This document shows, one piece after another, positions 43,934 through 50,620 of a stretch of 50,620 bases of DNA. Source of the DNA: Verrucomicrobiales bacterium (lineage in GTDB: Bacteria; Verrucomicrobiota; Verrucomicrobiia; Limisphaerales; JAFMIX01); NCBI GenBank assembly GCA_017853785.1, contig JAFMIX010000002.1, positions 1-50,620 of the forward strand. Direction: 5' to 3'. The notes beneath the pieces are model-generated. The model was not told the DNA's origin, did not search any database, and saw only the letters and a list, made by a program, of their open reading frames with translations. How positions within the stretch are numbered: the stretch's first letter is position 1; each line of letters begins with the position of its first letter. Made by a program: the position numbers and the translations under genes.

Positions 43934-45823
43934 TCATTTTTTAGAATCAACCTTGTCTGGCACTTTTGGTAGAGTCGAGTCAACGGGGCTTGAAGCTTTG
44001 TAAATAGCCTGGATTTCCTCGGCGGAAAGGGCGCGGTTGTAAAGGGACACCTCATCCAAAGTCCCCGGAAATAGTCCGGCAGTCACACCGGCAGCATAGG
44101 CTCCTAATTTCAAAGGTTCGTCTGTCGCCTTCAAAATTCCGATGACTCTCCCCTTTCCATCCAATGCCCCGTTCACATAACCCTGCAAATAAGAGCCGTC
44201 ATAAACCATCGCCACATGATGCCAGACACCAAAATTGAGCGTGGTCGCACAATCCAAGATATACCAACTAATCCCCAATTGGGCATGACAGCGTAGCTTC
44301 TGTGTCCGACTAATGCCTAATGCCCAATCAATCGTCCTATACGCATCCACACCTTTAGCAATCAAAACCAATGCATTATCATCACCAATGCCTGAGGTTC
44401 TCGTATATTTTACCCAACCCTCGATGCTGAACGGCCCAGTCATCTTAACCGCCGGACTACTGGGCACGGTGACGTAGGAATCTTTTCCGTTGAAATTGAA
44501 GGCCTTTCCTGTCCTTCCCGGGGTGAAATCCACCCCACCAACCAATGTGCCATCGTTGCCACCAACAGAATCGTTGGCACTTCCCTCCGCCGACCACCGC
44601 GCCACTAAGCCCGGAAGCGTCTGTTTTTGTTGCAGACTGCGCCAAGCCGCCTTGAGCCGCTCCCGAACAGGGGAAGATAACATCACGGTCAGCAGCAGCA
44701 CCACCACTGCGAGCCCCGCCAGGACGCTGCAGGCAACCAAGAAGCCTCTCTTGCCGGAGTCATCCGCGGCAGCCCCTTCAGCAACCGCCGCCGTGCCGCC
44801 GGTGGCTGCGATGGTTTCCACCACGGTCTTGATTTCGCCGGCCTGCTGGTAGCGCAGTTCGGGATTTTTTTCCAAAGCGCGCAACACCACGGCATCGAGG
44901 CGCACATCAATTTGCACTTTGCCGGAGGGCGGCGCGATGGGTTTGGCAGGGAGTTCGCCGGTGAGTATCTGGTAGAACACGACGCCGAGCGCGTAGATGT
45001 CCGCCCGGTGATCCACTTCGCCGGGTGCGTGAATCTGCTCGGGCGACATGTATTGCGGCGTGCCCATGACGCCGGTGGTGAAGTCCGGCGCGGGTGCGGC
45101 TGCCGGATTGGTTGCCCCTGATTCGTCCGATTCGCCGGGCTTGATGATCCGCGCCAGGCCAAAATCCGCCACCTTCACACGACCACGGCGGTCCATGAGG
45201 ATGTTCTCCGGCTTGATGTCCCGGTGGACGATGCCTTGGTCGTGGGCGAACTGGAGGGCGTCGCAAATCTGCGGGATGATGGCGAGCGTCTCGCGCGGGG
45301 CAAGGCGGCGGGTGGCGAGTAATTGCAGCAGGTTCACGCCGTCCACAAATTCCATGAGGAAGTAGTAGAGTGGCGCGGCAGGCGTCGCCGGATCGGCGGC
45401 GGTGGTGGAGACGTTGCCGAACTCATACAAGGTCACGATGCCGGGGTGGTTGAGCCGGGCGAGGGCCTTGGCTTCGCGGGTGAAACGTTCGGCGAATGTG
45501 GAGTCTCCGCCGATGCCGGGCGGGAGGATTTTCAGGGCGACAATGCGATCGAGCTGTTTTTGCCGCGCCTTGTAAACCGCGCCCATCCCGCCTTTGCCGA
45601 GGAGTTCGAGGATTTCCAACTGCGGAAACAGCGGCGCGAGTTCGGCGATGGGTGGAGGGGTGAACGGCGTCTGTTTGGCATCCGTGACGGTGTCGGGGTG
45701 CGCGCCCATCTGGAGCAGACAGGCCGGGCATAGGCCGGCAAGCGGGCCGGCGGCGAGCGGTGCGCCGCAGTGCGAGCAATATTCGGCTTCGGGCATCGGT
45801 GCGGAAGGTTTTACAGGTTCCAT
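43934..45823 (-). CDS. Ser/Thr protein kinase with N-terminal Zn-ribbon motif, one TM and extracytoplasmic LamG-type domain
   Basis: CSHCGAPL...LCPACLL; GKGGMGAVYKA, VALKIL, HRDIKPENIL, DFGLA, GTPQYMSPE. TM GFLVACSVLAGLAVVVLLLTVML. C-terminal Laminin_G_3-like (LVARWSAEGSANDSVGGNDGTL..., HVAMVYDGSYLQGYVNG, LDEVSLYNRALSAEEIQAIY). Confidence 0.92.
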   Translation of the reverse strand: MEPVKPSAPMPEAEYCSHCGAPLAAGPLAGLCPACLLQMGAHPDTVTDAKQTPFTPPPIAELAPLFPQLEILELLGKGGMGAVYKARQKQLDRIVALKILPPGIGGDSTFAERFTREAKALARLNHPGIVTLYEFGNVSTTAADPATPAAPLYYFLMEFVDGVNLLQLLATRRLAPRETLAIIPQICDALQFAHDQGIVHRDIKPENILMDRRGRVKVADFGLARIIKPGESDESGATNPAAAPAPDFTTGVMGTPQYMSPEQIHAPGEVDHRADIYALGVVFYQILTGELPAKPIAPPSGKVQIDVRLDAVVLRALEKNPELRYQQAGEIKTVVETIAATGGTAAVAEGAAADDSGKRGFLVACSVLAGLAVVVLLLTVMLSSPVRERLKAAWRSLQQKQTLPGLVARWSAEGSANDSVGGNDGTLVGGVDFTPGRTGKAFNFNGKDSYVTVPSSPAVKMTGPFSIEGWVKYTRTSGIGDDNALVLIAKGVDAYRTIDWALGISRTQKLRCHAQLGISWYILDCATTLNFGVWHHVAMVYDGSYLQGYVNGALDGKGRVIGILKATDEPLKLGAYAAGVTAGLFPGTLDEVSLYNRALSAEEIQAIYKASSPVDSTLPKVPDKVDSKK

Positions 45824-45901
45824 GACCTATTCAGAAGCAAAACCTGCGGAACGTTACGGAAAATTTTTGCCGGGGGGAATCGCCCCGTCCCGTCCCGGCA
45901 A

Positions 45902-45933
45902 CAAAAAAGGCCGGAGATCGCTCTCCGGCCTTT
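45902..45933 (-). terminator. Intrinsic terminator after the deoxyhypusine-synthase-like gene
   Basis: GGCCGGAGA-tcgc-TCTCCGGCC (45909-45930) followed on the minus strand by UUUUUU. Confidence 0.75.
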
Positions 45934-45954
45934 GAAACAGGATTACCGCGCGGA

Positions 45955-47163
45955 TCAGAACTTGGGTTCGCTGCCGTCGAGCATCTTCACGTTGTTGTGC
46001 GCGAAGTATTCCTTGGTCAGAGCCTTCATCATCTTGGGCATCTGGTCGATGAGGCGCTTGAGCTTGCGCGGCTTGTGCTTGGCCAGCGCGTAGTGCGTGA
46101 CCAGCGGCATGGCGATGGTGGTGTCGGTGTAGCACACGATGGCGTCGGGCAGCTTGGTGGGATCAACCTTGCCCCAGCTGACGGCTTCGCCGGGCGTCGC
46201 GCCGGAGAGACCGCCGGTGTCGGGCCGGGCATCGGTGACTTGGATGAAATAATCCTGGCCGACTTCCTTGATGCGGAGGACTTCCTGAATTTGGGGTTCG
46301 GTCTGGAGGGTGAAGTTCTTCGGACTGCCGCCGCCCCAGAGGACGACGCCGCTCTTGCCGCCGCTGCGCTTGGCCGCGAGGACGATGGCGGTGGATTCAT
46401 TGACGTCGATGGACGGGTTCACGCGGAGCTTGTTGCCGCGGAGTTCCACGCCGGCGACGTTCATGCCGATGGTGGAGTCGCCGGGCGAACTGGTGAAGCA
46501 CGGCACGCCGGCGCGATAGGCGGCGGCCATGACGGAGACGTCCTTGAGGCCGTTCTTGCGTTCCCATTCAGCGGCGTATTTGCCGATCTTGTAGTGGAGT
46601 TCGGTCGTGCCCATCTCCTTCTGGAACTCGGGCTGGACAAGGATTTCGCGGAGAATCTCGTCGGTGGCCATCAAGCCGTCGGAGTAGGGGATGACGACGT
46701 CGTAGATGCGGACGAGGTCGTTGTCGCGCAGGTCGGTGTCGTCGAACTTGAAGCTGCCGGAGTGGACGGGATAATTCAGCGCGAAGTGCAGATCGTGGTA
46801 GAGGTTCGCGCCGGTGGCGACGATCCAGTCCACGAAGCCGGCCTTGATGAGCGGGATGATGCTGGAGCAGCCGAGGCCCGCCGGGGTGAGCGCGCCGGAC
46901 AAGCTCATGCCGATGGTGACGTCCTTATCAAGCATCTTGTTGGTGAAGAGATGGCAGACCTCGCGGAGGCGGGCGGAATTGTAGGCGAGGAACGTCTCGT
47001 CGATGATGTGGGTGAGTTTTTCCTTGCCGGTGAGGTTCTTGGGCTGGATGCGTTTGCCCTCCATGTATTTCTTTTTGTGGGGGCAGTTCTTTTCCTTCAT
47101 CCAGTCTGGCATCTCTGCCACGGCTTCGCGGTTGTGGATCTTGTAGCGTTCGGTTCGGGCCAT
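45955..47163 (-). CDS. Deoxyhypusine-synthase-like protein (candidate homospermidine synthase)
   Basis: ATG 47163 ([10 protein letters not shown]...). DHS-family stretches [65 protein letters not shown]. Confidence 0.88.
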   Translation of the reverse strand: MARTERYKIHNREAVAEMPDWMKEKNCPHKKKYMEGKRIQPKNLTGKEKLTHIIDETFLAYNSARLREVCHLFTNKMLDKDVTIGMSLSGALTPAGLGCSSIIPLIKAGFVDWIVATGANLYHDLHFALNYPVHSGSFKFDDTDLRDNDLVRIYDVVIPYSDGLMATDEILREILVQPEFQKEMGTTELHYKIGKYAAEWERKNGLKDVSVMAAAYRAGVPCFTSSPGDSTIGMNVAGVELRGNKLRVNPSIDVNESTAIVLAAKRSGGKSGVVLWGGGSPKNFTLQTEPQIQEVLRIKEVGQDYFIQVTDARPDTGGLSGATPGEAVSWGKVDPTKLPDAIVCYTDTTIAMPLVTHYALAKHKPRKLKRLIDQMPKMMKALTKEYFAHNNVKMLDGSEPKF

Positions 47164-47244
47164 AATTTTATAGAGTTGAGCTGCGTTAAAAAAACTAGGC
47201 ACACACGATACGCGCTGTGGCAGGGAAGCCAATAATAATCTCAC

Positions 47245-47264
47245 CCAGAACGGGCGCGTTCCGG
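47245..47264 (-). terminator. Weak hairpin after the M42 peptidase gene
   Basis: Minus strand CCGGAACG-cgcc-CGUUCUGG (one G-U) followed by a U-containing but not U-rich tail. May only attenuate. Confidence 0.3.
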
Positions 47265-47269
47265 CAGAA

Positions 47270-48340
47270 TCAGATCTTCACCTTGAACTGCTCGCCCTTC
47301 TTCAGGGAAAGTGCGAAGGCGGCCATGAGTTCCGGAATCTGCTCCAGGTCTTTCAGGCTCACCAGTTCCACCGGCGAGTGCATGTAGCGGTTCGGCAGGC
47401 TGATGAGCGCGCTGGCGATGCCGCCGCGCGTCCAAAAGATCACGTCGGTGTCCGTGCCGCTGGTGGCGGACATGGCTTCGTGCTGGAGCGGAATTTTCTT
47501 CTTCGCCGCGACTTCTTCCAGCCGCTTCACGACTTCGGGATGGTTGCAGCCGCCATGGGTGAGGGCGGGGCCGCCGCCGACCTTCACATCGCCGTGCTGC
47601 GCCTTGCTGACGGTGGGATAATCGGTGGCGTGGGTCACGTCCACGACGAGCGCGATGTCCGGCTTGAGCGAGTAGGCAATCTGCCGCGCGCCAAGCAAGC
47701 CGACTTCTTCCTGCACATTCGAGACGGCGCAGATTTCGGGCGCGAATTTGGATTTCGATTCCCCGAGCAGTCGCAGCGCCTCGGCCACGGCGAAGGTGCC
47801 GATGCGGTTGTCGAAGGCGCGGGCGATGGCGAGGTCGTCGCGGAGGAGTTCAAATTCGTCCACGAGGGTGATGGGGTCGCCGATGCGGACGATTTTTTCA
47901 GCGGCTTTGCGGCTGCTCACGCCGATGTCGATGAAGAGGTCGTGGATTTTCGGCGGCTTGGGGTCGCCGTCTGATTTCATGAGGTGGGGGGCGACGTTGC
48001 CGACGACGCCGCGCACGGCGCCGGCGCGGGTGTGGATGGTGATGCGTTGTGCCTTGGTGATGGCGGCGTCGATGCCGCCCATGCGGCGGACGTAGAGGAA
48101 GCCATCGGCGTCGATGTAGTTGACGGCCATGGCGATTTCATCGGCGTGGGCGGCAAGCATGAGGCGGGGCGAACCGCCTTTGTTAAGGACGGCGACGCAG
48201 TTGCCGTAGGCGTCGGAGAAGGTTTCGTCGGCGAATTGCGTGACGTAGTCGAGCCAGACGCGTTGGCCGCGGGCTTCGTGGCCGGTGGGGCTGGGGGTGT
48301 TGACGAGTTTCTGGAGGAAAGCCAGCGAAGGTTTTTGCAT
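47270..48340 (-). CDS. M42-family metallo-aminopeptidase (FrvX/endoglucanase-annotated family)
   Basis: [59 protein letters not shown]. Confidence 0.9.
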   Translation of the reverse strand: MQKPSLAFLQKLVNTPSPTGHEARGQRVWLDYVTQFADETFSDAYGNCVAVLNKGGSPRLMLAAHADEIAMAVNYIDADGFLYVRRMGGIDAAITKAQRITIHTRAGAVRGVVGNVAPHLMKSDGDPKPPKIHDLFIDIGVSSRKAAEKIVRIGDPITLVDEFELLRDDLAIARAFDNRIGTFAVAEALRLLGESKSKFAPEICAVSNVQEEVGLLGARQIAYSLKPDIALVVDVTHATDYPTVSKAQHGDVKVGGGPALTHGGCNHPEVVKRLEEVAAKKKIPLQHEAMSATSGTDTDVIFWTRGGIASALISLPNRYMHSPVELVSLKDLEQIPELMAAFALSLKKGEQFKVKI

Positions 48341-48342
48341 GG

Positions 48343-49188
48343 CTATTTGTTCGCGGCTTTTTCGGTCAGGGCTTTGACGTCGTCGGCTTTGATGGTTTCG
48401 ATCTTGGCGCCTTTCTTCATCTCCTCGGCGCTGGGCACGCGGATGATATCGCTGGTGATGGGCTGGGGCGCGGCGACGGGGGGCGGGGCGGTGCTGCCGA
48501 GGAGTTCGACTTCAAAGATGAGGGTGGAGTCCGGGGGGATGTTGGCGTTGCCGCGTTCGCCGTAGGCGAGGGGGGCGGGGATGAAGAGCCGCCATTTCGC
48601 GCCGGGGGACATGAGTTGCAGTGCCTCGGTCCAACCGCGGATGACGCCGGTGACGCGGAAGGTGGCGGGCTGACCGCGTCTGTAGGAACTGTCGAATTCG
48701 GTGTCGTCGATAAGGGTGCCGCGGTAGTTGACGGTAACGGTGTGGTCCGGCTTGGGGGGTTCGCCGGCGCCGGGATTGAGGACTTCGTATTGCAGGCCGC
48801 TGGGAAGGGTGATGACGCCGGGCTTGGCTTTGTTTTGGGCAAGGAATTTTTCCCCGGCCGCTTTGTTTTCTGCGGCGGCGTTCTTGCGTTTCTCCATGAC
48901 GGCTTGTTGGAGGACCTGCAAGGTGGCGTTGAGTTCCGGCTCGGTGATTTGCGGCGCGCTGCCAGTGAGGGCGTCTTTGAAGCCGCGGGCGAAACTCTCC
49001 GCATTCAAGAGCTCCGGGGAGAGGCCTTGGCGGCGCAGGTTGCTGCCGATGTTGAGGCCGAGGGCGTAGCCGTTTTTCTCGGTGGCATCCTTGGATTCGG
49101 CGGCGGCAGGGGCCGGGGACTTATCGGCAGCGCTGGCGGGCAGGGCGAGACCGGCCACGAGGAGGGCGAGGAGAAATTGAATTTTCAT
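48343..49188 (-). CDS. fkpA: Periplasmic FKBP-type peptidyl-prolyl isomerase, FkpA/Mip-like
   Basis: ATG 49188 gives signal MKIQFLLALLVAGLALPASA. N-terminal dimerisation helices. FKBP core VTVNYRGTLIDDTEFDSS...FRVTGVIRGWTEAL...IPPDSTLIFEVELL. About 55-aa C-terminal extension. Confidence 0.9.
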   Translation of the reverse strand: MKIQFLLALLVAGLALPASAADKSPAPAAAESKDATEKNGYALGLNIGSNLRRQGLSPELLNAESFARGFKDALTGSAPQITEPELNATLQVLQQAVMEKRKNAAAENKAAGEKFLAQNKAKPGVITLPSGLQYEVLNPGAGEPPKPDHTVTVNYRGTLIDDTEFDSSYRRGQPATFRVTGVIRGWTEALQLMSPGAKWRLFIPAPLAYGERGNANIPPDSTLIFEVELLGSTAPPPVAAPQPITSDIIRVPSAEEMKKGAKIETIKADDVKALTEKAANK

Positions 49189-49326
49189 GCGGAGGATATT
49201 TCCGCAACCGGTGCGAACTGGCAATGGAATAATGTGCCGGGCGGACAAATCTGCTTTCGTCGTGAACATTCCTTGATACCTTTGGTCAAAGCTGTGCCGT
49301 TAAAGGCGCACGAATCAATCGTCATC

Positions 49327-50620
49327 ATGCCATTCATCATCGTTTTCCTGCTGCTCGCCGGACCGTTCGCCCCGGTGACGCATGCGGAGGTCGCCAAGGT
49401 CGCCGCCGAGCCCGCCCGAACGAACGGGTTTGCGCTTTTGGTGCCCGGCCCGGATGACCCGCCGATCGCGCGGTTCACGGCGCGGGCGTTGCAACAGTTC
49501 CAGTATCGCCATCAGGTTTTCAACGACGTGGTTTCGAGCAATTTTCTGGTGCGGTTCATGAATGATCTGGACCCGCAGCGCATCCATTTTCTGCAAAGCG
49601 ACGAAGCGGAGTTCGCGCGCTACCGCACTACATTGGATGACCTGACGCTGCGATATGGCGACACCCGTCCGGCGTATGAGATTTTCCAGCGGTTTCGGGA
49701 GCGGCTGGCCCAGCGCACGGCTTACGCGGAGCAGTTGTTGCGCACCGAAAAATTTGAGTTCACGGCGGACGAGCGCGTGACGGTCAACCGGCGCAACCTG
49801 CCTTACCCGGCTGATTTGGCCATCGCCGAGAAACTGTGGCGTGAACGGGTGCGGTTTGAATATTTGCAAGAACGGTTGGGCGCCATCAATCCGGTCGGCA
49901 AAACCAACGCGACCGCCAAGGCTACGCCGGTGAAGCCGCCCGCGCAGATTCATAGCAACATCGTGCAGACGATCAGTCGGCGCTACGACCGTATCCTGAA
50001 GATCTTCAAGGATTGGGATAGTGATGACGTGTTCCAGTATTATTTGACCACGTTGGCGCACGTTTATGACCCGCACTCGGATTATTTCGGCAAGGCGCAG
50101 TTTGAAGAGTTTTCCCTGAGCATGAACCTCTCGCTGTTTGGTATCGGTGCGGTGCTCCGGTCCGAGGAGGACGGTTATTGCAAGATCGCGGAGCTGAAGC
50201 CCGGCCCGGCGCTCAAGGGCGGCCAGTTGAAGGTAAACGACCGCATCGTGGCGGTCGCGCAGGGCACAAATGAACCAATGGATGTCGTGGACCTGCCGTT
50301 GATCAAGGTCGTTCAGCAAATCCGGGGGCCAAAAGGTTCGGAAGTCCGGCTGACGGTCATCCCGGCGGATGCCACCGACCTGTCGCTCCGCAAAGTCGTG
50401 TCCATCATCCGCGAGGAGATCAAGATTGAGGATTCGGCGGCCAAGGCCAAAGTGGGCGAATTGCCCAACGGCAAGGGCGGCCCGCTGCGGTTGGGCGTGA
50501 TTGATCTGCCGGCCTTCTACGCCACGATGGACGTGCAAAGTTTGAAGGACAAAGCCACGCCGCGCAGCACCACAGCCGACGTCACCAAGCTCCTGGTGAA
50601 GCTCGCCGAAGAAAAGGTCG
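49327..50620 (+). CDS. prc: Carboxy-terminal processing (tail-specific) protease, 5' part; continues beyond the window
   Basis: Not in the ORF track because there is no stop in the window. I translated the frame from ATG 49327 to 50620 and found no stop. Signal MPFIIVFLLLAGPFAPVTHA. YDPHSDYFGKAQFEEFSLSMNLSLFGIGAVLRSEEDGYCKIAELKPGPALKGGQLKVNDRIVAV and IRGPKGSEVRLTVIPA parallel E. coli Prc (DPHTSYLSP...MSLSLEGIGAVLQ...IKGPKGSKVRLEILPA). Confidence 0.9.
   Translation, partial: MPFIIVFLLLAGPFAPVTHAEVAKVAAEPARTNGFALLVPGPDDPPIARFTARALQQFQYRHQVFNDVVSSNFLVRFMNDLDPQRIHFLQSDEAEFARYRTTLDDLTLRYGDTRPAYEIFQRFRERLAQRTAYAEQLLRTEKFEFTADERVTVNRRNLPYPADLAIAEKLWRERVRFEYLQERLGAINPVGKTNATAKATPVKPPAQIHSNIVQTISRRYDRILKIFKDWDSDDVFQYYLTTLAHVYDPHSDYFGKAQFEEFSLSMNLSLFGIGAVLRSEEDGYCKIAELKPGPALKGGQLKVNDRIVAVAQGTNEPMDVVDLPLIKVVQQIRGPKGSEVRLTVIPADATDLSLRKVVSIIREEIKIEDSAAKAKVGELPNGKGGPLRLGVIDLPAFYATMDVQSLKDKATPRSTTADVTKLLVKLAEEKV

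Noticed and set aside
49315-50538. 407-aa minus-strand ORF, the only track ORF in this region
   Set aside because: It is antisense to the real gene. The plus-strand frame from 49327 is open to the window end and encodes a clear tail-specific protease. That gene was missing from the track only because it lacks a stop in the window.

Overview
High-GC bacterial chromosomal window. From gene content and repeat families I infer Verrucomicrobiota/PVC, but this is unverified. About 50 real CDS are densely packed, and many long ORFs in the track are antisense artefacts of high GC. I saw no rRNA, tRNA, CRISPR array, transposase or integrase.

Housekeeping blocks:
- arylsulfatase; infC; rpsO-pnp; an exported MsrB; a ZIP metal transporter
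- a complete F1Fo ATP synthase operon (atpBEFHAGDC); htpG
- a YfgM-like TPR protein; ugd; two Nudix hydrolases
- an OmpR/PhoR-type two-component pair; ispF; tadA
- oppABCD (no oppF) divergent from an OPT-family peptide transporter
- ribE; a methyltransferase; two FKBP isomerases; an M42 peptidase
- a 5'-partial tail-specific protease (prc) that runs off the 3' end and is missing from the ORF track

Most notable observations:
1. An AT-richer six-gene operon (22.5-27.6 kb) encodes only exported proteins or lipoproteins: Gly-zipper, CsgG-like+PEGA, CsgG-like+beta-domain, TPR-like lipoprotein, YcfL/DUF1425 and LpoB-like. I know of no established function for this composite.
2. A clear SAM-I riboswitch with terminator and antiterminator precedes a ThrC-like / MoaD-ThiS-like (C-terminal GG) / NIL-domain operon. 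This suggests protein-thiocarboxylate-dependent homocysteine synthesis rather than threonine synthesis.
3. An ECF sigma factor is paired with a Zn-ribbon/LamG Ser/Thr kinase and has no anti-sigma. The pair lies between two polyamine genes (an ODC-like decarboxylase and a deoxyhypusine-synthase-like gene).
4. Several REP-like palindromic intergenic elements sit inside operons (oppA|oppB, RR|HK) or in divergent promoter regions.
5. A small AT-rich islet carries a frameshifted Imm-like gene.

All domain calls come from motif reading by eye and need HMM or covariance-model confirmation.
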